Shown one piece after another: positions 32,529 through 41,234 of a stretch of DNA of 64,000 bases (the first letter of the stretch is position 1; the number at the start of each line of letters is the position of its first letter). The notes under the pieces were generated by a model. The model saw nothing but the letters and a program-made list of their open reading frames with translations, had not been told where the DNA came from and did no database searches. A program made the translations under genes and the position numbers. This stretch comes from an uncultured Acidobacteriota bacterium (GTDB lineage Bacteria; Acidobacteriota; Thermoanaerobaculia; Multivoradales; UBA5704): NCBI GenBank assembly GCA_963799925.1, contig CAWCYZ010000002.1:1425025-1489024 (forward strand). Direction: 5' to 3'.

Positions 32529-33437
32529 GTGACCATGAAAGCGAAGCGATTGTACCTGCAGGCAATGAGCCGGGCGCTCCCGGTGCTCTCCTCGGCGGGC
32601 TACCTGGCGGTCCAATGGCTCACCGGCCGGCTCGCCCGGCGGGTCCACTACGTGCCGCGCCCGGACGACATCTTCATCGTGAGCTATCCCAAGTCGGGCA
32701 CGACCCTCCTCCAGATGATGCTCTACCAGATGACGACCGACGGCGATCTCGACTTCCCCCACATCGACTCGGTGTCTCCCTGGTTCGAGGCCGCCCTCCG
32801 GATGGGCGCCGGCCGCCACTTCGAGGAGCTCCCCTCGCCGCGCGTCTTCAAGAGCCACCTCACCCGCGCCGGGCTGCCGCGGGCCGGCCGCTTCCTCTAC
32901 ATCGCCCGCGACCTGCCCGACGTCGCCCTCTCGGCGTATCACCACCTATGCCTGATGAGCGGTCGCGACGTCGAGCTCGGACCGTTCGCGGCCCGCTTCC
33001 TGCGCCGCAGCCAGATCGCCGGCACGACCTGGTTCCGGCACCTCCGGTCGTGGTGGCCGCACCGCGACGATCCCAACGTCCTCTTCCTGCTCTACGACGA
33101 GGTGGTGGGCGACCTCGCCGGCACGGTCCGCCGGATCGCCGACTTCTGCGGCCTCGAGGTCGACGAGCGGGAGCTGCCGCGCATCGTCGAGCGCTGCGGG
33201 ATCGAGCTCATGAAGCGCCACAACGAAAAGTTCGATCCCCGTCTCCACTGGATCGGCCGGCGCGCGCCGGAGTTCATCCGCGAGGGGCGGCCGGGCGCCG
33301 GGAGGCGGGACCTGCCGGCCGCGGCCAAGTCCCGCCTCCTCGCCGAGCTGGACCGCCTGGCCCGCGACCTGGGAGAGGATCCCGCCGATCCTCACGCGGC
33401 GCCGCTCTTGGCGGGGGGAGCTGCGCCGTGCCGGTGA
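32529..33437 (+). CDS. Sulfotransfer_1-type sulfotransferase, copy 3
   Basis: 302 aa. Contains SYPKSGTTLLQ, VFKSHL, ARDLPDVALSAYHH and IREGRPGAGRRDLP. The start could be ATG 32535. Confidence 0.85.
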   Translation: MTMKAKRLYLQAMSRALPVLSSAGYLAVQWLTGRLARRVHYVPRPDDIFIVSYPKSGTTLLQMMLYQMTTDGDLDFPHIDSVSPWFEAALRMGAGRHFEELPSPRVFKSHLTRAGLPRAGRFLYIARDLPDVALSAYHHLCLMSGRDVELGPFAARFLRRSQIAGTTWFRHLRSWWPHRDDPNVLFLLYDEVVGDLAGTVRRIADFCGLEVDERELPRIVERCGIELMKRHNEKFDPRLHWIGRRAPEFIREGRPGAGRRDLPAAAKSRLLAELDRLARDLGEDPADPHAAPLLAGGAAPCR

Positions 33438-34345
33438 CGCGACGCCTGCTCTCCTGGCTCGAGAGGCGGGGCGACGGCTGGATGTCCAAGCACCTGGAGC
33501 GCCAGATCCGCCTCGGCCTCGAGCTCCAGTTCGCGCCGCGCGCCGACGACGTCTTCATCGCCAGCTACCCGCGGTCGGGAGCGACGCTGGTGCAGATGAT
33601 GCTCCTCCAGCTCACCGGTTCCGGCGAGCTCGATTTCATCCACGTCGCCAGCCGCTCGCCGGTCCTCGAGCTCGAGCTCGTCCGGAACAGCGCGAGGTTC
33701 CTCGAGTCCCTCCCCGCGCCGCGCCTCCTCAAGACCTTTCGCCGCCGCGAGTCGCTGCCGCGCATCGGCCGGTTCCTCTACATCGCGCGCGACCTGCTCG
33801 ACGTGGCGGTGTCGGCCTATCACCACGCCTCGCTCCTCGCCGGCCACGAGCTCGAGCTCGACGAGTTCCTGCGCCGCTTCCCCGCCGGCCATGTGCGCCT
33901 CAGCTGCTCGTGGTTCGACCACCTTCGCTCCTGGTGGCCCCATCGCGCCGATCCCGACGTCCTGTTCCTCGAGTACGACGACGTGGTCTCCGATCCCGCC
34001 CGCGCCCTGCGCCGGATCGCCGGGTTCTGCGGCTTCGGGCTCGACGAGAGGGAGGTGCCGCGCATGCTCGAGCGCTGCACCATCGACCGCATGAAGCGGC
34101 AGGCGGCGAAGTTCGACCCGCGGCTGCGGCGGCTGAGCCCGCGGCCGGTCTCCTTCATTCGCCGCGGCGAGAACGGCGCCGGCCGCCGCGAGCTGCCGCC
34201 GGAGCAGCGGCGGCTCTACGCCGCGCGGCTCGCGGCCTTCGCCCGCCAGCTCGGCTGCGGTCCCGAGGAGCCCCTGTATCGTCTCCTGGTCGCGAAGGAC
34301 GAGGCGCTCTCGGAAGATCGGCAGGGGGCATCCCTGGGCCCTTAG
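33428..34345 (+). CDS. Sulfotransfer_1-type paralog, copy 4 (catalytic His replaced)
   Basis: GTG 33428 overlaps the copy-3 end by 10 nt (alternative start ATG 33482). Contains SYPRSGATLVQ, LLKTFRR (Phe where the other copies have His), ARDLLDVAVSAYHH and IRRGENGAGRRELP. Confidence 0.8.
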   Translation: MPVTRRLLSWLERRGDGWMSKHLERQIRLGLELQFAPRADDVFIASYPRSGATLVQMMLLQLTGSGELDFIHVASRSPVLELELVRNSARFLESLPAPRLLKTFRRRESLPRIGRFLYIARDLLDVAVSAYHHASLLAGHELELDEFLRRFPAGHVRLSCSWFDHLRSWWPHRADPDVLFLEYDDVVSDPARALRRIAGFCGFGLDEREVPRMLERCTIDRMKRQAAKFDPRLRRLSPRPVSFIRRGENGAGRRELPPEQRRLYAARLAAFARQLGCGPEEPLYRLLVAKDEALSEDRQGASLGP

Positions 34346-34416
34346 CGGCAGGGAAGGGGACTTGAGGGGTAGCGGGATGAGGGGCGGGCGGCGCCGGCTC
34401 GCGACGCGGCGCTATC

Positions 34417-35262
34417 TCAAGACAGGTGCTTCAGGCAGCGGGCGAGCGTCGCCTTCATCTCGGCGCGCGGCACGACCAGGTCGAGGAATCCGTGGTCGAG
34501 GAGGAACTCGCTGCGCTGGGAGCCCTCGGGCAGGCTCTGGCGGATCGTCTGCTCGATGACGCGGGGGCCGGCGAAGCTGATGAGCGCGCCGGGCTCGGCG
34601 AGGTTCAGGTCTCCCAGCATGGCGAAGGAGGCCGTCACGCCGCCGGTCGTCGGATCGGTCAGGACCGACAGGTAGGGAACGCGGGCGTCGCGCAGCCGCG
34701 ACAGGGCCGCCGAGATCTTCGCCATCTGCATCAGCGAGAGCACGCCCTCCTGCATGCGCGCCCCGCCCGAGGCGGAGACCACGACGAGGGGGATCTCCTT
34801 CTCCTTCGCCCGCTCGGCGGCGCGGGTGATCTTCTCGCCCACCACCGAGCCCATCGAGCCGCCCATGAAGCGGTATTCCATCACCGCCAGGATGATCGGG
34901 ATGCCTTCGATCCGCCCGGCGACGACGACGACCGCATCCCTTTCGCCCACCGCCTGCTGATAGCTCCGCAGCCGGTCGCGGTAGCGCTTGGTGTCGCGGA
35001 AGTTGAGCGGGTCGGTCGGCGAGATGCCGCTGAAGAGCTGGCGCGGCTCGGCCTCGTCGAGCAGGAGGGCGATCCGCGCATGGGCGTCGATCCGGAAGTG
35101 GTGGTCGCACTTCGGGCAGACGCGCAGGTTGCGATCGAGGTCGCGCGAGTAGATGATCTCCTTGCAGCTCTCGCACTTGACCCACAGCCCCTCGGGGACC
35201 GTGCTGCGCGGCCGGTCCACCCGGATCGGTTTGGGCTGCTTGGCTTTCCTGAACCAGGCCAT
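34417..35262 (-). CDS. accD: acetyl-CoA carboxylase carboxyltransferase beta subunit
   Basis: 281 aa. Zn-ribbon CESCKEIIYSRDLDRNLRVCPKCDHHFR, followed by the carboxyltransferase domain. Confidence 0.95.
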   Translation of the reverse strand: MAWFRKAKQPKPIRVDRPRSTVPEGLWVKCESCKEIIYSRDLDRNLRVCPKCDHHFRIDAHARIALLLDEAEPRQLFSGISPTDPLNFRDTKRYRDRLRSYQQAVGERDAVVVVAGRIEGIPIILAVMEYRFMGGSMGSVVGEKITRAAERAKEKEIPLVVVSASGGARMQEGVLSLMQMAKISAALSRLRDARVPYLSVLTDPTTGGVTASFAMLGDLNLAEPGALISFAGPRVIEQTIRQSLPEGSQRSEFLLDHGFLDLVVPRAEMKATLARCLKHLS

Positions 35263-35385
35263 GGGGAATCTGCCGGTCGGGCGGTTGGCTTCCTCCGGAG
35301 TTCGATCCCCTGGGTGAGAGCCGGCGTGAGCCGGATGCCGACCTCGAGGGGCGGCTGCCTGGCCGCGAGCTACGGGGAGACAGGA

Positions 35386-35622
35386 TCAGACCTCGGCGGA
35401 GCTGTGCCCTTCCTCGGCTTCGAGGTCGTTGGGGACGCCGAGGCGCATGCAGGCGGCGTCATACATCTGGCGGGAGGCCTTCTTGGCGTTCTGCAGCTCG
35501 GCGAGCCGGTCCTTGACCTTGGCCAGCTCCTCTTCGATCAGCCGGTCGAGCTCCTCCATGTCCTGCTTGGCCAGCTCGAGAGTGTGCTCGTAGGACTTCC
35601 TCTGCTGATCGGTCAGGCTCAT
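35386..35622 (-). CDS. small coiled-coil protein of unknown function
   Basis: 78 aa from ATG 35622 (MSLTDQQRKSYEHTLELAKQDMEELDRLIEEELAKVKDRLAELQ). The longer track ORF start adds non-coding-looking sequence. Confidence 0.5.
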   Translation of the reverse strand: MSLTDQQRKSYEHTLELAKQDMEELDRLIEEELAKVKDRLAELQNAKKASRQMYDAACMRLGVPNDLEAEEGHSSAEV

Positions 35623-35693
35623 GGTTCCGGCCACTGGGTTACCTCTCGCTCGTCGTGCTGGGTCCTGCGCGATGGGAAGATCACCGGACCGCC

Positions 35694-36536
35694 TCATGGC
35701 TTGAACGGGATCTTCAGCTTGGTCCACATCTTGACCTTGACGCCGCCTTGGGTCGCCGGTTTGAACACCGCGGTTCGAGCCGCGCCCAGAGCGGCCTCGT
35801 TGATGCCGACGTTCTGCTTGACCGACTGTGAAAGTTTCGCGCTCTCGACGTGACCGCTGTCGTCGACGAGGACGGACACGATCACGACGCCTTCGATCCT
35901 CAGGCGTCTAGCGAGCGCAGGATACTCCGGTTTGGAAAAGCTGACAAGTTGCGGCCAGACGACGTCTGGGCCCTCCTCGACCAGGTCGCCGGCGCGGACG
36001 GCGGGAGGCGCGTGCGACGGTCTGGGCTCGGCAGCGGGGGGCGCCGCCGAGGGTGCCGGCAGAGGCGGCGCCTCGGCGCGGGCTTCCTTGCTCTCGCGCG
36101 GGGCGGGCGGCTCGCTCGCCTGCGCGGGCGGCGGCGGGACGGCCGCCGCGCTGACGGCTGGCACCGGAGCCGGCGGGGTGGCCGTGGCGCTCGCCGGCAC
36201 CGCGGCCGCCGGCTTGGCCGACGCCGCCTTGGTCGCGGCGAGCTCCTTCTCGAGCCGCTTCTGCTGGTCCTCGAACTTCTTGCGCAGATCGCCCTCGCGC
36301 TTGGCGAGCTCCTGGTCGACGAGGCCGTTGACGTCGATCTTGGCGTGGCCCGCGGGTGCCGGCGCGGGGGCCGGCGGGGTGGCGGCCGCCGCGGCCGGTG
36401 CGGGCGGCTGCGCGGTGGGAGGGGCGCTCGCCGCCGGCGCCGGTGGCGGCGGGGCCGCGGCGCCGCGCTTCGAGCGCGCCACGAGGAAATAGGTCAGCAG
36501 GGCGAGGACGACCAGGGCGGCGGCGATCGCCGCCAC
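35694..36536 (-). CDS. TM helix + Pro/Ala-rich spacer + TonB C-terminal domain (separate gene or frameshifted C-terminus of the kinase upstream)
   Basis: TM helix VAAIAAALVVLALLTYFLV, a long APPPP-type spacer, and the TonB_C pattern PEYPALARRLRIEGVVIVSVLVDDSGHVESAKL...VKVKMWTKLKIPFKP. Confidence 0.7.
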   Translation of the reverse strand: MAAIAAALVVLALLTYFLVARSKRGAAAPPPPAPAASAPPTAQPPAPAAAAATPPAPAPAPAGHAKIDVNGLVDQELAKREGDLRKKFEDQQKRLEKELAATKAASAKPAAAVPASATATPPAPVPAVSAAAVPPPPAQASEPPAPRESKEARAEAPPLPAPSAAPPAAEPRPSHAPPAVRAGDLVEEGPDVVWPQLVSFSKPEYPALARRLRIEGVVIVSVLVDDSGHVESAKLSQSVKQNVGINEAALGAARTAVFKPATQGGVKVKMWTKLKIPFKP

Positions 36537-36589
36537 GAGGAGCGACCGCCCGCGGCGCTCGCCCTCCTCGCCGAGGACCGCCGCCGAGC

Positions 36590-38751
36590 GGCGGGATCGG
36601 CGCCAGCGGCGCGGTCGGCGCGGCGGGCGCCGGCGCGTATTCGTCCGGCGGTGGCTCGGGTGGCGGGGGCGCGGCGGGCTCGGCCGCCGGCTGCGCCGCC
36701 GGAGCGGCGGCGACCGCGGCCGCCGTGGTCGCCGCCACCAAGGGATCGTCCGCCTGGAAGAGGCGGTGGAGGTAGGCGGCGAGGTCCGTGGGACCGGGGG
36801 TGGGCTTGAGGCCGTAGAGCACCGACTCGAGCCGGCTCTGCATCTCGCCGGCGCTGGCGAAGCGCTGATCCGGCTCGCGGGCGAGCGCCCGGCGGACGAT
36901 CTCGTCGACCTCGGGCGGCACCGCGGGCGAGATCTCGCGCGCCGTGCGGGTGCGGCCGTCGCGCACCGCCTCGAGGACCGAGATCTCGCTGCCGCCGGGG
37001 AAGAGGCGCTCGCCGGTCAGCATCTCGAAGAGGATGGCGCCGAGCGAGAAGATGTCGGAGCGCGAGTCGACGGGCTTGCCCCAGGCCTGCTCGGGCGACA
37101 TGTACTGGAGCTTTCCCTTCAGCGCGCCCATCTGCGTCTGGCTCGCCTTGGTGACCGCCTTGGCGATTCCGAAGTCGCAGAGCTTGATGTCGCCCTCGAA
37201 GGTGATGAGCACGTTCTGCGGCGAGACGTCGCGGTGGACGAGGCCGAGCTCGCGGCCCTCGAAGTCGCGCTTGCGGTGGGCGTAGTCGAGGGCGGAGGCC
37301 AAGCGCGAGGCGACGAGGAGCGCGAGGCCGAGCGGCAGCGGCAGGCTCTTCTTGCGCGCCGCGTTCATGATCGAGCGCAGGTCCTTGCCCTCGACGTACT
37401 CCATGGCGATGTAGTAGTCGCGCCCGATCTTCCCCAGGTCGTAGATATGGATGATGTTGGGGTGGGAGAGCTGGGCGGCGAGCTTCGCCTCGTCGATGAA
37501 CATCCCGATGAACTCGGAGTTGTCGGTGAGATGGGGCAGGATCTTCTTGATGGCGACCGTCTTCTGGAATCCCTCGACGCCGCGCATGCGCGCCTTCCAC
37601 ACCTCGGCCATGCCGCCGGCCGCGACCTTCTCCTGGAGCGTGTACTGGCCGAAGCGCTCGCCCGGCTGCTGCCCTCCGGCGGCGACGGGGATCTGCTGTG
37701 TCGCCATCGGCGCGTCGACGCGCTGTGGCGGCGGGGGCGGAGCCACCGTGCGCACCGGCGCCTGGGGGGCGGTGCGCGGTGGCGCGGGCGGGGGGGCGGG
37801 CGACGCGGGAGCTGGACCGGCCGGAGCCTGCGGCTTCGCCGGTGCCGGTGCCGGCGCGGCGGCCGGTTCCGGCCGCCGCCGCGGCCGGGCCAGCTCCTCG
37901 AGCTCCGAGAAGCCGAGATCGGCGGCCGTCTTCGGGGGCTTGCGCGCCTCGGCGCCCGCGGCTCCCGCCGCCGCGGGCGCCGGCACGGTGGCCGCCGCCG
38001 GGCTCGCGGCGGGCGGCGGCGGTGCCGGGCGGGGCGTTGACGCGGCGGGCGTGGTCGCCCCCGCGGCCTTGCCCGTCGCCCCGAGGCCGGAGAGCGTCTT
38101 GCTGATCAGGGCGTCGAGGTCGTCCCCCTTTGCGTCGGAGCGCTTGGGCGGCGCGGCGGAAGCCGCGGGCTTCGCCTTCGCCGAGGCACCGAGGCCGAAG
38201 ACGCCGGAGAGGGTCTGCTCGAGCTTGCGGTTGATCTCCTCCTCGCGGCGGGTGGCCGCCGCCTGGGCGGCGGTCGGCGCCGGTGGGGCCGCCGGCGCCG
38301 CGACCTCCTTCTCGACCTCGGCCAGCATGTCGCCGAAGATGTCGCGCGAGGTGAGCTTGGGCTCGTCGGTGGTCGGCGGCGGCGGCGGGGCGGCGGCGGC
38401 GCGGCGAGCGGCCAAGGCGCGTCGCACGACGAGCCGCAGCTCCTGCTCGGTGAACGGCTTGGCGAGCAGCTCGTCGGCCTCGATCCCGCCGACCCCTGCC
38501 TGGGCGGCGTTCTCGGCGAGGAGCGCGATGACGCCGGGGCCGCCGGCGCTACGCGAGAACGAGCTCGCGACCGCCTCGACACCCGGGATGTCGGCGCTCA
38601 CCAGCACCAGGTCGGGAGCCTCCGAAGCCCCCGCCCGCAGCGCCTCCGCCTGGCTTCCCACGACCCGCGTCTTCCAGCCCTCGGCGCCGAGCGCGTCGTT
38701 GATCCGCTCGATATAGCGACGTTCCTGCTCGACGACGAGAATCGACGGCAT
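36590..38751 (-). CDS. receiver-like domain + Ser/Thr protein kinase (3' end undetermined)
   Basis: AGGAG SD. The N-terminal REC-like region is SILVVEQE...DLVLVSADIPG...LAKPF. Hanks kinase motifs are VAIKKI, HRDVSPQNVL, DFGIAK and YMSPEQ. The reading frame stays open to 35908, but the composition becomes Arg-rich junk after about 36600. Confidence 0.85.
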
Positions 38752-38938
38752 ACAGATCTCCTGAGGGAGCGATGAGCCTTTCTAGCACTCCCCCCCCTTC
38801 CAGTCAATCGCGAGGGAGGCGAAAATGCCTGATTCTCCTGAGGGTTAGTGGCGCCGGGCGGCAAGATCCCTAGCCGCTCTCGCCGGGCTGCTGGTAGAAT
38901 GGTCGTCCGGCGTTCGAAACCTCCAGGGGAGCTCTCCG

Positions 38939-39682
38939 ATGTCAGGTCATAGCAAGTGGGCCACGATCAAGCACAAGAAAGCGGCGACCGACGCCCGCCG
39001 CGGCAAGCTGTTCACCAAGGTGCTGCGCGAGATCACCGTCGCGGCGAAGATCGGCGGCGGCGACCCCAAGGCCAACCCGCGCCTGCGCTCGGCGGTGCTC
39101 GAGGCGCGCTCGAGCAGCGTGCCGAACGACAACATCGAGCGGGCCATCAAGAAGGGCACCGGCGAGCTCGAGGGCGAGGCCTACGAAGAGGTCCTCTACG
39201 AGGGCTACGGGCCGGGCGGCATCGCGGTGCTGGTCGAAGGCCTGACCGACAACAAGAACCGCACCGCCCCCGAGATCCGCCACCTGTTCACCAAGTACGG
39301 CGGCAGCCTGGGCGCCAGCGGCTGCGTCGCCTGGATGTTCAACCGCCGCGGCTACTTCGCCGTCGACCGCGGCGCCATGGACGAGGAGAAGTTCATGGAG
39401 GTCGCGCTCGAGCTCGGGGCCGACGACGTGGCGACCGCGGGCGACCACTACGAGATCTACACCGCGCCCGAGGACTTCGTCCGCGTCCAGGAGGATCTCG
39501 AGTCGCGTGGCCTGCCGATCGCCGCCAAGGAGCTCGCCATGATCCCCGGCAACACCGTGGATCTCCCGGCCGACCGCGCGAATCCGGTGCTCCGCCTCCT
39601 CGAGGCGCTCGAGGACCACGACGACGTGCAGCACGTCTGGGCCAACCTCGACGTCGACGAGAAAGTCCTCGCCGCGCAGTAG
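38939..39682 (+). CDS. yebC: YebC/PmpR family transcriptional regulator
   Basis: 247 aa, starting MSGHSKWATIKHKKAATDARRGKLFTK. Confidence 0.95.
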   Translation: MSGHSKWATIKHKKAATDARRGKLFTKVLREITVAAKIGGGDPKANPRLRSAVLEARSSSVPNDNIERAIKKGTGELEGEAYEEVLYEGYGPGGIAVLVEGLTDNKNRTAPEIRHLFTKYGGSLGASGCVAWMFNRRGYFAVDRGAMDEEKFMEVALELGADDVATAGDHYEIYTAPEDFVRVQEDLESRGLPIAAKELAMIPGNTVDLPADRANPVLRLLEALEDHDDVQHVWANLDVDEKVLAAQ

Positions 39683-39714
39683 CCGGCTCCCCCCGGGCCG
39701 GCCCGCCTCCCAGC

Positions 39715-40224
39715 ATGCGCATCCTGGGCCTCGATCCCGGCAGCCTCCACACCGGCTACGGGCTGATCGAGAAGCGCGGCTCGGCCCTCGTCGCGGTCGA
39801 GGCGGGCCGCTTCTCCTGCCCGCCGGACCTCCCGCTCCCCAGCCGCCTGGCGCAACTGGTCACCCGCCTCTCCGAGCTCCTGGCGCGCACCCGGCCGGAG
39901 CTCGCCGTCCTCGAAACCCCCTTCCACGGCCTGAGCTCGCGCTCGCTCATCGTCCTCGCCGAGGCGCGGGGAGCGCTCCTCGCGACCGTCGCCGGCAGCG
40001 GCGTCGAGATCCGCGAGTACAGCCCGGCGGAGATCAAGGTCGCGGTCACCGGCAGCGGCCGGGCCGGCAAGGACCAGGTCGCCCGCATGGTGCGGCTGTT
40101 GCTCTCCATTCAGGACCGGGAGCGGCTGGCGAGCGATGCGACGGATGCCCTGGCGGTCGCCATCTGCGGCGCGCAGCGGCTGCGCCTCGATCGGTTGACG
40201 GCTCCGCAGCCTGCGGTCAAGTAA
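39715..40224 (+). CDS. ruvC: crossover junction endodeoxyribonuclease RuvC
   Basis: 169 aa from ATG 39715. Contains MRILGLDPGSLHTGYGLIE and the C-terminal DATDALAVAICGA. Confidence 0.95.
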   Translation: MRILGLDPGSLHTGYGLIEKRGSALVAVEAGRFSCPPDLPLPSRLAQLVTRLSELLARTRPELAVLETPFHGLSSRSLIVLAEARGALLATVAGSGVEIREYSPAEIKVAVTGSGRAGKDQVARMVRLLLSIQDRERLASDATDALAVAICGAQRLRLDRLTAPQPAVK

Positions 40225-40256
40225 TTGATGCCAAAGGATTTGACGAGGCGCCGCCC

Positions 40257-40286
40257 TTGACCGGACTTTTTTCGCCGTGCTAGATT
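40257..40286 (+). promoter_or_regulatory. candidate sigma-70 promoter for DUF4388-OMP genes
   Basis: TTGACC, an 18-nt T-rich spacer, then TAGATT, in the ruvC-downstream intergenic region. Confidence 0.45.
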
Positions 40287-40412
40287 GCCGCATCGCCTCT
40301 GTCGGCCGCGAATGCGACGATCTGTCCGGAGCGAGCCAGCGCGGCGGTGAGCCCGCGGTCGCTCGGGACAGGGAATGCCGGCCGGAACGGGAGTCTTAGG
40401 GTAGAGTCGGGT

Positions 40413-41234
40413 ATGGCCTTCCAGGGGTCCTTGAAGGAGCTGCCGCTCCCCGACATCATCCAGCTCGTCTCGGTGTCCGGCAAGACCGGCGTCTTCGCGC
40501 TCCAGCGCGACAGCGATTCCTCGGGCGAGATCTACCTGCGCGGCGGCCACATCGTCCATGCCAGGACCGGCGACCTGCAGGGCGAGGAGGCGGTCTACGA
40601 GCTCGCCATCTGGCCCGAGGGGGATTTCGTCTTCACCCCTGGCCGCGAGACCGACGTCACCACCATCCAGAAGTCGAACACCAACCTCCTCATGGAGGCG
40701 GCCCGCCGCATCGACGAGTGGCAGGTGCTGTCGAAGCGGATCCCGTCGACCCGCCTCGTCCCGGTGTTCACCCAGCAGGCGGCGACCACCTCGGTCTCGC
40801 TGACCCCCCAGGAATGGAGCCTGGTCTGCAAGATCGACGAGCGGCGCTCGATCGAGGAGATCGCGATCGGCCTCGACATGAGCCCGTTCGAGGCCTGCAA
40901 GCTGCTCTACGGCCTCATCACATCGGGTCTCGTCACTCTGAAGGAGGACCTGTCGCGCCTGCGCACCGAGCGGCTCCACAAGATGCGTCCCGAGGAGCTC
41001 GCCCAGCTCGCCGAGAGCATCCATCAGCAGGCGAAGCAGCTCCTGTCTGGCCACCCCCGCCAGGCCGAGCTCGACACCCCCTACCGCATGAGCCGCGCCG
41101 AGATGGACGCCGGCAGGGGAAACGAAGCGGTGCTCGACCTGGTGCGCGCCGAGGAGAAGGTGGTCTCGGCGGCGCTCGGTCCGCACCAGTCGAAATCCTT
41201 CCTCGATCGCGTCACCCACCTACTGGACCGTTGA
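40413..41234 (+). CDS. DUF4388 domain protein
   Basis: 273 aa from ATG 40413. The sequence MAFQGSLKELPLPDIIQLVSVSGKTGVFAL...IYLRGGHIVHA...GEEAVYELAIWPEGDFVF matches the DUF4388 pattern. Confidence 0.75.
   Translation: MAFQGSLKELPLPDIIQLVSVSGKTGVFALQRDSDSSGEIYLRGGHIVHARTGDLQGEEAVYELAIWPEGDFVFTPGRETDVTTIQKSNTNLLMEAARRIDEWQVLSKRIPSTRLVPVFTQQAATTSVSLTPQEWSLVCKIDERRSIEEIAIGLDMSPFEACKLLYGLITSGLVTLKEDLSRLRTERLHKMRPEELAQLAESIHQQAKQLLSGHPRQAELDTPYRMSRAEMDAGRGNEAVLDLVRAEEKVVSAALGPHQSKSFLDRVTHLLDR

Noticed and set aside
35908-36590. Continuation of the kinase ORF to give a 947-aa protein
   Set aside because: The translation becomes Arg/Gly/Pro junk and overlaps the well-formed TonB_C-encoding frame. 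The true end of the kinase is therefore upstream or lies in the shifted frame.
38757-38844. 11-nt direct repeat TCTCCTGAGGG (38757-38767 and 38834-38844) in the kinase/yebC divergent region
   Set aside because: The first copy is simply the reverse complement of the kinase RBS (AGGAG). Two copies of an 11-mer are weak evidence for an operator, and no further copies were seen.
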